This document shows, piece after piece, positions 34,673 to 47,823 of a DNA stretch of 47,908 nucleotides. How positions within the stretch are numbered: the stretch's first letter is position 1; each line of letters begins with the position of its first letter. The translations under genes and the position numbers were made by a program. This DNA is from Octopus bimaculoides (taxonomy: Eukaryota): assembly GCF_001194135.2 (NCBI RefSeq), contig NC_068992.1, positions 38,228,425-38,276,332 of the forward strand. The letters are read 5' to 3'. The notes below the pieces were generated by a model. That model saw only the letters and a list, made by a program, of their open reading frames with translations, did no database searches and was not told the origin of the DNA.

Positions 34673-37600
34673 TCAGACATTTTATAGTTGCTGGCTTGGG
34701 CTGCCTCTTTTNNNNNNNNNNNNNNNNNNNNNNNNNNNNNNNNNNNNNNNNNNNNNNNNNNNNNNNNNNNNNNNNNNNNNNNNNNNNNNNNNNNNNNNNN
34801 NNNNNNNNNNNNNNNNNNNNNNNNNNNNNNNNNNNNNNNNNNNNNNNNNNNNNNNNNNNNNNNNNNNNNNNNNNNNNNNNNNNNNNNNNNNNNNNNNNNN
34901 NNNNNNNNNNNNNNNNNNNNNNNNNNNNNNNNNNNNNNNNNNNNNNNNNNNNNNNNNNNNNNNNNNNNNNNNNNNNNNNNNNNNNNNNNNNNNNNNNNNN
35001 NNNNNNNNNNNNNNNNNNNNNNNNNNNNNNNNNNNNNNNNNNNNNNNNNNNNNNNNNNNNNNNNNNNNNNNNNNNNNNNNNNNNNNNNNNNNNNNNNNNN
35101 NNNNNNNNNNNNNNNNNNNNNNNNNNNNNNNNNNNNNNNNNNNNNNNNNNNNNNNNNNNNNNNNNNNNNNNNNNNNNNNNNNNNNNNNNNNNNNNNNNNN
35201 NNNNNNNNNNNNNNNNNNNNNNNNNNNNNNNNNNNNNNNNNNNNNNNNNNNNNNNNNNNNNNNNNNNNNNNNNNNNNNNNNNNNNNNNNNNNNNNNNNNN
35301 NNNNNNNNNNNNNNNNNNNNNNNNNNNNNNNNNNNNNNNNNNNNNNNNNNNNNNNNNNNNNNNNNNNNNNNNNNNNNNNNNNNNNNNNNNNNNNNNNNNN
35401 NNNNNNNNNNNNNNNNNNNNNNNNNNNNNNNNNAGCGCTGCTACTCTACTCTTTCCTTATCTTTTCTTCCCCACCAGTTTTTAAAATAAATTTTTTTTCT
35501 TTCTTGCCTTTTCCCAACCCCCACTGCTTATCGTTAATTAATTAATTACCTCCTATATTTGATACACTTTTTAAAATCTATCTACTTTTGGTGGTTTTTA
35601 ATGATTTTTAAAAAATTACATTCAAAGTTAAATGATTTCTTATTTTAGTTTGTAAATTCTTGTCTTTTCTCATCATTGCTTCTCACACCTGTTTCCTATT
35701 GAACTGATTTTTATTTGTAAGGGACAAGTGTTTTTTTTTGTTTGTTATATTTTAGTTTTTAGTGTATTTTTTAGCTTCACTTCATCTACTTGGTTTGTCT
35801 ATGAAAGTTGGTGTTGATTTCTAGCTACCTTCTCTCTCTCCTATAATATGTGTATGTATATGTATATATATATATATATATATATAAGAAATCAATACAT
35901 TTGATTATTTCTTTGAAAGAAGTCTAAAGAGTGGTATTTTTATCTAGGATATATATATACATATATATATATAGCTTGAAGGGTAGCCAGGCTAATTATT
36001 GGCTCACAGAGATGTTTAATAATACTGTTTTTTATATTTTTTTTTTCCCCTCTCTTTTTCCTGAGTGCTCTAAACTCCTCTCCTATCCTTTACTATAGTG
36101 TAGAAAGCTGGAAGACTAATAATTGTTGCATGATAGATGAGAATACATGGCATATTAATGTTTACAATTGCTAATATTGCAATTATGTTATCACTTGTTG
36201 GCATCAGTTGAATAAAAAGACAAAAAAAAAACCAAACCAACCTTTATGTATATACATATATATATAAATGTAAATGATTTAATGTGTTTCTCACTTTAGC
36301 CATTTGATTTTTGGCTGTCCTGATTAAAGACGTTTTTTAAATTAGCTCAAATGTTTCATTCTTTTTCCTTATTTTATTTCTTTGTCTTTCCATATCAAAC
36401 TTGATATAGAATGTTTTGAAAATAGTAAAATTTATCTTCAGTCATTTGATAGAAAGTGAAGTAAAACAACGTTACTTCAAGCCTTCGGCATCTACTCACT
36501 TTCTCCTTTCAAACTTTTTTTTTTCTTCAACAAACACCAGATTGAAATGAATGTTCCAGTTAAAAAATGTTTTCTATTTTTTTTCTTTTTAGCCCAAATT
36601 TCCAGTATCTTAGTCTACTGATGTAACAGTATATTGTTATTAAGGGGGCATCTTTTTCTTTTATTGTAAATAGTTTTTTTGTTTTTCATGCTTCACAGTG
36701 ATTTCATTGGACATGTCTGCCAAGACATTAGTTAAAATTTAACTTTGGAATTACCTGTCTGTGGTTACTAACTTCTATGTTTATTGCTTAAACATTCCAC
36801 AGCATCCTACAAAAGGATGCAGTCTGTCCTATGAAAAAGACAAACTGTAAATAATGTTAAGCGATTTTTCTCTAAACTGATTTTTGAGAAAGTCTGTTTA
36901 CTGTGATAACAAATAAATGTCGTGAGAATCTTCATCCTAACTGATTTAATTCATTAATTAACTTACCTGCCTGAGCTAGTAGTGTTGTTGCCCTAATTCC
37001 TAAGTTAATAAAAACCCTTCAAAAATATTCAGGATTTAAAACATTTTAATTGCAAGATAACTTGTTCCTAACTTACTGAAACTGTCCTCTCAGAAGTTGG
37101 GTTTATGAATTGTTATAGTAACACTTTCATAAAATTGTTAATTCAAATTTTAAAAGATCTTTCAACTTGTAAGCATGTTCTCTTTAAAAGTCCCTAATAA
37201 TAAGATATACAAAATGTGGATGGGGCTCTTTATATAAATTTACAATTTTTCCCCTTAGTATAGTCACCTTATGGGGAAAACCTAGATACAGGGCAGATTG
37301 AGATCAAATAATGAAGCTGACGAATTACAGGGGACTAGCAGTAACACATCTGGAAAGGTTTAGAATTACAAGTTTAGACTTTAATTATACAACACTTTAC
37401 CTTCTATGCTTATTTGTGGCCATGTAAATAAGACTGCAATTACTTAGTCTCAGGTGAGCTCTGACAGAGCAGGACTTCTATCAAAGCTGATTCAGTTTTT
37501 ACAAACTTGTTTATATATATGTATCTAATCCCTCAGATTTGACTTATTTCTAGCAGGCCAAGTTACTTAATAGAACAGTAGGTAGTTCCCATTCTGTTCC

Positions 37601-40600
37601 TTTACGGTGCACAAGTATACTGCAGATAGAATATTAAAACTGTTATATATTTTCCTTTCATTAATATTGGTATGGGTTGGATCCAATGTGTCCAGGGACT
37701 GCATCCTTCATCAATGTCTTCTTTGACATGATTCCAAGGGCTGGATGCTTTTCCTAAAGCCAACCACCAGTGAGGTCTCCATGCAACTTATGAAACTCAG
37801 GGGAGGGGCTTTATGGTAGGAGATAAGCGCAATGAGATACAGTAGGTTCTTGTAGGGGAGCTTCATGACTACTTGCATTTAGGGGCGATGGAGAAGAAAT
37901 GAATCTGTAGTTTCAGCAAAGACAGAAACAGTGGTAATGCGGTGTGCAGGTGGCACCTCAGGGTAAGATGAGATGAGTGGTGGGTGTGGTTTGAGAAGTT
38001 TGCTTCATAGGTTTTAGGTTCAGTTCTACAGCACTTCAGGAAAGTGATAGGACAACCAAAACCTCATAACCAAATTTGGTAGAAGCAAACTGAATGAAGC
38101 TCATTATGTTGGTCTGTTCTCTTTTCATGGTCAAACAGCTGGACCAATGGTGACAATGTTTTTTGGGATTACAGAGATAATCAAGGTTTTTAACGAAAAA
38201 AAAAAAGTGAAAAAGTATGATTCTTTAGTGGATATGGAGCTTTGTATTAATAAATCACCTTTTGATTATTTTTTTGTGTTATAATTCCAGCGATGGGGAT
38301 TAACTCTGGATTAGCCCCGCCCATATAGTTCATGAATTTAGAGGGTTTAGATTTGCGATACTATCTCTTTATTTTCCATTGCAAATGGGTCGATTTGCTA
38401 TCTTACTATAATGGGTGTTATGTCCATCTGTCTGTTCCCACTTTACGGCCAGATGGCTGGACCAGTGGTTATATTTTTCAGGATTACAAAGATGCTCGTC
38501 AGGAGGGTTTTTTTGCTTTGAAAAATTAGGAAGCATGATTATTTCATGGATATGGATTTTTTTTTTTTTTTTTGCTTGATAAACCACCTTTGCTGGCCAC
38601 CAGTAACTGTATTTTCACTGGGTAGCTTGTGGGGGCCCCATTGTAGATACAAAGGGGGTCACGAGGATGGTTAATAGTGAAAATAAGATGGAAAAAGTGT
38701 GGGATTATTTAGTGGTTATTGACGTGTCAGCTTTGAGCAGGATTTGAAACGGCTATTGTTTACATCTCAGTTTTGTCAATCAAAATAACCCATGGTACCA
38801 GAACATCCAGAGATTCGCATAGAACAGTGAGAGTTAAGTCTTAGTTTGATTTTTTTGCAACCCTAAAGATTCCACTCACAGCAAACAAGGCATAGGGCCA
38901 GACATTAGAAAGTGTAGTTATATTTTTACCCATGGCCAGTATACATCACTATAAGTAGAGCAACAAACTCCAGTAATTTGAAAATTAGTGTCAACCAAAC
39001 AAAAGATATCGTCTACAAAGAAGCTTTGTAATCATATATTGAAAATGCAATTCATAATTTAACTAAGGAAATTTGTGAACTTTGAATGCATAAGAGTAAA
39101 AACAAACATAATATAGTGTAAACTAAAAAAGTGTATCTAAATACTTTTTATGCAGTGGTCAAAGGAAGCTCTGGCTTTCGTTAGGAGTGATCCACATAAC
39201 CATTCATGATGCAGAGGCTGGGAGCCTATTTCAGTTTGTGAGTGAATCGTCATATAGCTGCATCACTAACAATATTTCTCTAAGATGTCACCCAGTAATT
39301 TATTAAATCAATTTACACATTTTTCAATACATAGTGCTGTTATGACTTCCTTCCCTCATTCTATGCCTTCGTCATAGATGGGTAGATTTGCTTAGCATAT
39401 ATAATGAAGCTTCTAAAAATTAGTCACTTCAAAAGGACACCTAATAATCCATTGCTGAAAATAAGATACTTATGAGTTGAATGCTTTTTGTCAGTATATG
39501 ATCTGTCCATGTTCAGATTGTCCATACCACACAAGAAATACACAAACACTGGGCTGTGAAGTTAACTTTTCTTCCTTACTAGATTTCTGTAGGAAACAAA
39601 CTGCTTGTTTAAATTACTTTTAAAAATGAATTTAATTAAGCTGATGTGAAAGCAATGAGTTGGCAGAACTGTAACCTACCTGTTTCAGCTCTTTAGATTC
39701 TGAATTCTAATTCACCTTTAATCCCTATGGAAGTCAGTACGAATCAAACACTAGGAGTAACTCTTTCCATACCAAACCACCTGAGTTCAGTCTACTCAGT
39801 GGTGGCACAAACTTCCTGTTTTAAAGTGATCTAAATTCAAAGTTCCCATTAAAATTTGACAGCCATGTAAAAAAAGAAATAGTACCTGGTACTCTGTAAA
39901 GTGGTTAGCATTAAGGGCAGAAACCATGCCAAAACAACAACGTTGAGCATTCTTCAGACTTGCCATTTCCTGTTGAACCATCCAACCCATTGCAGCATGA
40001 AAAACTCATGTTAAATGATATTTCAAATATCAGCTTAGAACCAAGGACAGACTATCAGAAACAACCCTGTCATACAAACTGGATGACCCTATGCTCTATT
40101 TGAATGTACTAAAACTGAAATAATGCAATTGAACTCCCAGTAAAGTGGGCTTAGAAAGTTCTCATTTAAAACCTAATTCACAGCATTAACCTTCTTAAAA
40201 TCCCTTCCTCCCTAGATCATACTTGGGTTTCATTTAATCATTTTCAAATTTCCAGTAAATTGTAATGAAAATATCAATGTAGGGAACTAACTTTCCTGAT
40301 ATTTGCTACACATAAGAGGAATGAATTCTCTTGTAACAGTCTAAAACAAGACTAACATCAATTTTAGTGTCCACTTTTCTATGCTTACACAGACCAAATC
40401 GAGTTGAAGCAGATTTTCTGAGCAAGGTAATATTTCCACAATGTTAAGACGGCACAAAAATAAATACATATACATCTCGGTGTGTGTACGCGAGAAGCTT
40501 CTTTCAATTTACACTTACCGAACCATACACGAAGCCCAGGATTATAGAAGACACTTGCCCAATGAGAAATGGAACCTGAAACCAAGGTTAACTGCACCTC

Positions 40601-41135
40601 CTGCCTTCAACAATTGTCTCAGGTGCCTATGTAGTACTTGTATATAGAGGTAAATGTGACAACAGAAGTGCATTCTTTAACTAAAACCGTTTTTGGTGTA
40701 ATATGTAAACTTTATCTTCCTTGAAATAGTTCCTCTTCAAAATCAATTTACAATACAGTAATCTCTCACCATATCGCAGTTTATTGTTTAAGCTTACGCC
40801 AAACCCTCTGTGGTGGTGTTTTGCATTTGTATTTATATACAAATTATAATTAAAAAAAACATACAGCACTTCAGATTTTCACCTGTTGTGGGGAGCGGCG
40901 TTTGGAACATAATACCCACAATAGTCAAGGGATTATTATATATAAATTGCTCATATACTAGAAAAGGAATCCTAATTTACCAGTAATGTAAAAAGTTCTT
41001 CAAATAAACATTTCTTTCTAATCTCTTAGATGTAAAAGATGCAATTAGGTACTTTGTATCAAAGCTAATGGTTATACAAATCCATTGGTCTGAAGAGATA
41101 AAAAAAGACAAGCCAAATTTATACAGATTTATAAA

Positions 41136-41141
41136 TTTATT
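41136..41141 (-). terminator. Putative RPS17 polyadenylation signal
   Basis: AATAAA on the minus strand, 14 nt after the stop. A short 3' UTR is typical of ribosomal protein mRNAs. Confidence 0.7.
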
Positions 41142-41155
41142 TAGCGGTAATTACA

Positions 41156-41236
41156 TTATGTTCTGGGCCCATTTCTGAAGCCACCCATAGATGGAATAGG
41201 TTGTGTTACTTGCAGACCTTCCAAATTACCAAAGTC
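41156..41236 (-). CDS. RPS17: 40S ribosomal protein S17, exon 5
   Basis: TTTTTAG| DFGNLEGLQVTQPIPSMGGFRNGPRT* (compare DFGSLSNLQVTQP in vertebrates). Confidence 0.92.
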   Translation of the reverse strand, partial: DFGNLEGLQVTQPIPSMGGFRNGPRT

Positions 41237-42541
41237 CTAAAAAAATGAAAATAGACAAATTCATGTTAAAACAATAGAATTTAATACCTCTCAGCTTTGA
41301 ATGCAACACTGTGGTAACTGCTATAGGAATGAGAAAGCATGCCAGAATGGAAGGAGACTAAATTCCATGCAGACAGCAGCCTTTTTATGTGAAGCAAGCG
41401 CCTAAGTGAGAAATATCAGAATTTTCCCTCAAAATTTCCATCACAAATCACCATATATTACATAGTTCTAATAGCATACTTGTAGGTAGGTCTTGGAGAC
41501 AAAAAAATGTGGCTGAAGTTGGAATCTAGTATACAATAAGAATTTTGACTCATCAGATGAGGGATAAAAAAGATAAATTGCTGCTTGCTTAGCTGTAGAC
41601 ATGTAAAGTCTGAGTTCACATACATAACAAAAAGTAATGGACTAGGAAGAATTAATGTACTGTGTGAAAAATCATCCTTTAAGCATGTAATTCATCAATA
41701 AAATTGCACCATAATAAGTTGCCTTTTCATGATGCAGGAAATTAATCAATCATCTTCAGCACTGATTTGTCCAACAGAGAATACTGAATATAGCCAATCA
41801 TTAAGAATTTCCAGGAAATTGACCTTTTGGTACAACTAAGACAAATCTTTTTTTTTCTTTTTATCTTTTGGTCTTTCTAGCCAAATTTAGAAACAAACCA
41901 TGTGTCCAAAGACATAGGCATTAGGACACACAGGAACAGTAAAATAAAGTTGAAAAATAATAACACTGAAAATTCTACATTTCCATCAAATATTCTTTTC
42001 TATTACAGGCACAAGAGCTGAAAATTTAGGGGAAGAGATCTAGTCAATTACTTTGATCTCAGTATGCAACTGGTACTTATTTTATTGACTCTGGAAGGAT
42101 GAAAGGCAACATCAACCTTGGTAGAATTTGAACTCAGAACGTACAGAAATAAGTCAAGATAAAGGTATAATAAAGATGAGATGTAGCTGTATTAATAACC
42201 CTTTAGCATTTAAACCAGCTAAAATACTATTTTATGTTCAGGCCGGCCAGATACAGGCTCTCTCACCTACCCTACAATGTCATCGTAAAAATAAACAACC
42301 CCAATCATCAAAATCTTGAAGCTACAAGGTAATAATTCAAAACAATGTGAATCAATAAGCATCACATATGATAGAGGAATCTGAATGCTAAACAGCTGAG
42401 GGAATGATGTAAGCAGCAGATTAAAAGATGCAATACAAATTTGGATGTTTATTTAGGTTAAAAAAGAATATAGTGAATAAATAGAAAGGGTACAACCATT
42501 TTTAGTACACATATGTACAAGCTCTTCCAATTTATCTTTAA

Positions 42542-43980
42542 CCCTTTCGTTACTAACCTGGACATAGCTGGCCGAAAAATTTTTTGGTTCATAAGACCAA
42601 CCCGGCCATAGCTGGCCGAGAGTACCCATTGTTATTTAAATGTAAATTTGAACCCAAATCTCATTATTACATTCGTTAAACACCTGATTTCACTTCGCAA
42701 ACAGTTGAGTTATTGTATCCGACATTGTTTGGTGTGATATTTGAACTCAGTGAATTTTGGAAGACTTTTTCCCCACATTTTTCACGGCGTTAATTCTTTC
42801 AACTTTGAAATGAGCTTCAAAAGCACATGGTGAACAATAATGAATCGGATATTTCTGTATCTGAAACTGAAAGCAGCAATTCTGAAGACGCGACGGCGAC
42901 AGTGAGAATGATTTTACACCAGAATGGAGTAAAGATTTAAAAAATATTTTTATTAACAATTTTTCTGGGGAGACAGGGATAGTCTTTCTCAGGAAGCGAA
43001 ACCTTTAGACTTCTTTTTCATGCTTGTTTGAAATGATTACTGCGGAAACAAACCGTTACGCAGAATGTAAACAAGCCGGAAAAAAAGATAGCTTGTGGTT
43101 TCCTGCAACCGTAGATGAAATACGGGCATTTTTTGCCATAAATATTATTATGGGTATTAGACAGTTACCCAGAATAACAAATTACTGGAGCAATCAGGAA
43201 CCTTTTGGCGATGAATGTTTCCAGTATTATGACGCGAGTACGATTCGTGAAGCTGAACCAATATTTACATGTGAGAGACACTAACAGTACCCCCAGTACG
43301 CGGAGAACCAAGCTTTGATACCTTATTTAAAATAAGACCCCTCATCGAATGCGTTCAAAGTGCATATAAAACATTTTACAAGCCTGAGAGATACTTATCC
43401 GTCGATGAGGGCATGGTGGGGTATAAAGGAAGAGTACGCTTCCGACAGTATATGCCAAGAAAGCCCACAAAATGGGGGATCAAAGNNNNNNNNNNNNNNN
43501 NNNNNNNNNNNNNNNNNNNNNNNNNNNNNNNNNNNNNNNNNNNNNNNNNNNNNNNNNNNNNNNNNNNNNACTTTTATACAGGAAAAAAGACAATAATGTT
43601 AGTCTGCATGGCCTAGGGTACGATGTGGTCTGGAATTTATCACGCCCATACCATAACCAGGGCAGTCAAACTAAAGCGTTTGAGCCGGTGACAAAAATAA
43701 AAAAATATTAGTCTGATAGGTGTAAAACAACTCGCTGGGAATGAATATGAAGAAAAAAAATGCACGCTCGCGAACGGGGTGGGTGGGGAGAGGGCTCGGA
43801 ACATTCACCAGAGCCAAGAAACAAAAGAAAAATAGTGTAATAGAGGTAAAACGACTTGCTCTGAAATAATATCAAGAACACACACACACACATAACATTA
43901 GTCTAAATCCATGATTATTTTAGAATTTAATTGAAACCCATGAGGGGTGTATTTTGGTCAGAAATATAGTAATGAAAGGG
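42542..43980 (+). mobile_element. piggyBac DNA transposon (PGBD4-like), internally deleted, in RPS17 intron 4
   Basis: TTAA at 42538-42541 and 43981-43984; 14-bp TIRs CCCTTTCGTTACTA / CCCTTTCATTACTA; transposase remnants WFPATVDEIRAFFAINIIMGIRQLPRITNYWS and LSVDEGMVGYKGRVRFRQYMPRKPTKWGIK. Confidence 0.93.
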
Positions 43981-44189
43981 TTAAAAAAGAAACAAAAAAT
44001 TCCATGATCCCTCTTTTAAATAAGGCATTCCATGACACCAGAAATGTAATTCTCAGAATGGTGATAAAACGAAATATATATATAGTTGTACTTGTCAATA
44101 TACACACAAAAGGGACCCTATCACAACTTCACCCAGGGTGAAGTTGAAAGGAGATAAAATGGGTATGAAAAAGTTGTTACGAAACTCAC

Positions 44190-44258
44190 CAAAGCCTTTA
44201 ACATTTCCTTTGTATCAGGATCAACTTCAATAATTCCATTCTGTTCAATAGCCGAGAC
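44190..44258 (-). CDS. RPS17: 40S ribosomal protein S17, exon 4
   Basis: CAG| VSAIEQNGIIEVDPDTKEMLKAL |GTGAGT. Confidence 0.96.
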
Positions 44259-44396
44259 CTGATTAATAAAAAAAAAAATCAATACCAAAATATATACAAG
44301 CTACACTGTTGAATAAACAACACTAATATAAAAAAAAAATCCCACAAAGAGTTAATTAAATTGTAAAGAGAGGGGAGAAATATCCTTAAAGAATTA

Positions 44397-44591
<195 letters not shown>

Positions 44592-44689
44592 CTAAGGAAT
44601 GGACATACCTTCCCAGACAATACTATCCAAGACAGCTTATAATTCATTTTGAATACCAACCTGCCCTGTGGTTCTGTGATAGAAACTGT

Positions 44690-45628
44690 AGACTGTATGA
44701 CGCATGTGTCCGAACTGCCATGCTACACGGCAGTAAAACACGGGCCATGACTGCTGAGCGTTGAAAGAAATGAAGCTAGTATGATCCACTGGATGTGTAA
44801 TGTCAGTGTGCATACACGACAGACAATGAGTGCCCTGAGAGAAAAGTTAGACCTAAGAAGCATCAAATATGGTGTGCAATAGAGACAACTGCACTGGTAT
44901 GGCCATGTGTTACGTATGGATGACGACAGCTGTGCAAGGAAGTGCCACACCGTAATTGTGGAAGAGGTAGACCCAGGAAGACATGGGATGAGGTGGTGAA
45001 GCATGACCTTCAAACATTGGGCCTCACAGAGGCAGTGACAAGAGACGGAGACCTTTGGAGATATGCTGTGATTGAGAAAACCCAGAAACTAAAGTGAGAT
45101 CGCAGCCATGGCTGATGCCAGTGTTGCATGTCTGGCCAATGTAAGAGTACCTTTGATGCGACAGGCAGTATGATATGCTTGAGAAAACCTGTTGAGTCAA
45201 GTAATACAAAAATCGTAGCTGTGGCCAGTGACCCTTGACTGGCTCCCGTTCCGGCGGCACGTAAAATGCATCATCCAAACGTGGTTGATGTCAGTGCAAC
45301 CTGACTAGCAACCATATAATTTTTTCCCAATTGTTCAGGGTCTTGTTCTCTTTTTATTGTTAGAAGTATGGGACATCTGTTCTGTAACTGCCATGGCACA
45401 TAAAAAGCACTATCCAAACATGAATAATGCCAGTGGCCCCAAACTGGCTCCCATGCCAGTGGAATGTAAAAGGCACCCACTACACTCTCGGAGTGGTTGG
45501 TGTTAGGAAGGGCATCCAGCTGTAGAAACATTGTCAGATCAGTTTGGAGCCTGGTGCAGCCGCTGGCTCTCCAGACCTCAGTCAAACCGTCAACCCATGC
45601 CAGCATGGAAAACGAACAATGATGATGA
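44690..45628 (+). mobile_element. 5'-truncated RTE LINE (ORF2 C-terminus, VNTR 3' UTR, tail) in RPS17 intron 2
   Basis: LYDACVRTAMLHGS..ERNEASMIHWMCNVSVH..WYGHVLRMD..YAVIEKTQKLK* (stop 45095-45097), then VNTR units, core and ATGATGATGA. Confidence 0.85.
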
Positions 45629-45679
45629 AACCTCCTGCTTCAAAATGATCTAAAAACACTAACAAAAGACAGGGAAACA

Positions 45680-46450
45680 CCCTGGTCCATCAGGAATTAC
45701 TGCTGAGAAGCTGAAGAAATCTGGTAGAGCTGGACATGGTTTTGTCACTCATATAGTTAATCAAGTTATTCAGAAAGGTGTAATCCCCAGTGACTGGTGT
45801 AGCAGCATCATAGCTGCTACAAGGGCAGGAGAGATACCCTGAGGAAGATAGGGACACATGCATGGCTTGTGAAAGCAGTACAGGCCATGTACAGGGGTGC
45901 TGTTAGTAAGTTAAATGTTGGCCATGGGTACAGTGATGAATTTAGTGTACAGATAGATATTCACCAAGGATCAGCCCCCTTCTATTCATCTTTGTCCTCC
46001 AAGCCATAGCAGAGGAATTTAAGACTGGAACTTCTTGCCCTCATAGAGAATCTCTAACAGAACTAGAAAAGAAATTCCAAGTACGGAAACAAAACCTGGA
46101 ATCAAAGGGTCTAAACTAAACAAAGACCTTGGTCTTTGCTAAGCAAGGAAACAAACAGGATTCTCTACTCCATATGTAGGAAAAGTGTATTCAGAAATTC
46201 CATTCAGTGTAGCAAGTGCAAGCTATGTTAACAGAAAGTAGTGTTTATATGTGGAAGATGTACAAGGAGCCAATAAAAACTTCAGATACTTGGGAAATAG
46301 ATTTTCTCAAATGCCTCTAAAGGGCTCTTTGAAAATAGTAGATAATTTCTGTTACCTAGGTGACCTAATTAGCAGAGGAGGAGGGTTTACTGAAAGTGTA
46401 ACTGCTAGAATAATAATAGGATGGAGAAAGTTTAGAGAGCTTTTATCACT
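45680..46450 (+). mobile_element. RTE LINE RT-domain remnant
   Basis: GPSGITAE, VNQVIQKGVIPSDWCSSII, HQGS.PLLFI, and IVDNFCYLGDLISRGGGFTESVTARIIIGWRKFRELL. Confidence 0.8.
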
Positions 46451-47112
46451 GTAAAAATGTTTTTCAAAAACAATGCATTTTTCAAGGAGGGGTGCGATAC
46501 TGTATTAGCCCCCAGATATGACCACTTGGTTGATTTTCCCAGTAACACCAGGGATTAGAATTCTTCCTTTCCAAGAGAGTAGGAGATTTGGTTGTTAGAT
46601 CTAATAGGTTGTGGAGAACATCTGTTGACCATTTTAAAGCTAGTATTTTAGTTCCATTGACCAATCAATTAGAAATTACCTTCCAGTAACCTGCTGGTTA
46701 ATAATCTAATAGTTTATTTCTGGAATTAATAGGAAATTAGAAACATAAAATTATTTGAATTTTTCGTTTGCTGATAATTATGTTTACCACATTAGAACGT
46801 GGCTGGCACAGAGCTCGCCAAAATATATTTCACCCATGTTCCAATACTTAGACCACAAAGATTATTTACTAACAGTATTGAGGAAATTAAAGTATTTTTC
46901 ATAAAGTACAAAAATGAAAACGAAGCACAGCAAAAGATAGTAATTGTTTCGTTGTTCTTACCATCAACAGAATTAATGTATAATTAAGAACAAAAATTGC
47001 ATAAAAAACGTAAATAATACAAACTTAAAAAGTTGATAAGGAAATCATTTAACATATTCCAATCAATTTTAGGATTCCTTTCGAAAAAAGAAAAAGAAAA
47101 TGTTTGACTCAC

Positions 47113-47264
47113 CCAGCAATTTTGTTGCGAAGGGTCTTGCTAGGGATAATAGCAATTTCATCACATATCTTTTTGTTTGTATGAAAATCTAGGGTCATAC
47201 GAGTGTAATATTTCTCGATAATAACACGTGCGGCTTTTTTCACGGTTTTAGTTCGTACAGCACC
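47113..47264 (-). CDS. RPS17: 40S ribosomal protein S17, exon 2
   Basis: TTGCAG| [50 protein letters not shown](G) |GTGAGT. Confidence 0.98.
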
Positions 47265-47469
47265 CTGCAACACAGGCAAACACGTTCGCTATTTAGAGAC
47301 GGGCGACTAAAATTTGTTAAAATTTCTATACTGTTGGGCTTGAATACAATACAATAAACACACACATATATAAGATCGATAGAAAAGCTTCTTTTAGATA
47401 GTACTGATGGTAGAAATAAAATGAAGAATAATAGAGATAATGAGAGATTTATTATGCCTCGTTACTCAC

Positions 47470-47472
47470 CAT
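47470..47472 (-). CDS. RPS17: 40S ribosomal protein S17, exon 1 (ATG only)
   Basis: CCATCATG|GTGAGTAAC; a phase-0 join to exon 2 gives MGAVRTK. Confidence 0.9.
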
Positions 47473-47496
47473 GATGGATTAATGTTGAGGAAATAT

Positions 47497-47503
47497 GGAA
47501 AGG
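47497..47503 (-). promoter_or_regulatory. TCT initiator / 5'TOP of RPS17
   Basis: Minus-strand CCTTTCC fits YC(+1)TYTYY, about 30 nt upstream of the ATG, and continues ATATTTCCTC. An ETS/GABP-type CCGGAAGT lies at 47566-47573. Confidence 0.75.
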
Positions 47504-47823
47504 CCGGATGTAGAATTTGTTACCCAGAATTCAATTAAAATCACGGGAAATAACTTCTACAGCAACCGGAAGTAAAATAAAAGAGCATGGTGAATTTTTA
47601 TGCAATGGATGAAAAACCCAGTAAACAATGAGCGACCAAGAAAGGACTATATGTAATCTGAACCTTTCCCCCACTTATTTATTAATTTTTTTACGGAATC
47701 CCACGTTTTAGGCTATGGAGATTCCGATTCTGAAAAAAAAATTTTTGAAAAATTTCAGTTACCCCCCCACCAAGCAGGCTATTTACATGCTAGAAATAAC
47801 AGCCAAATCTCACAAAACTAGTG

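Noticed and set aside
2114-35545. Long ORFs in the track that span N runs (for example 2114-2769, 22253-22990, 34551-35545)
   Set aside because: They are open only because Ns translate as X. Real coding signal is limited to the short pieces already annotated.
41307-41390. H/ACA snoRNA-like arrangement in RPS17 intron 4 (ACATAA, hairpin, ACA)
   Set aside because: The pocket is very asymmetric, with about 24 nt from the upper stem to ACA instead of 14-16, and there is no convincing 5' hairpin. A snoRNA scan would settle it.
41545-41565. CTGATGAG hammerhead-like core within the palindrome CTCATCAGATGAG
   Set aside because: There is no stem II followed by GAAA and no cleavage triplet helix.
46775-46870. 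Two small hairpins followed by ACA on the RPS17 strand
   Set aside because: There is no ANANNA H box and no bipartite pocket. This is weak evidence in AT-rich DNA.
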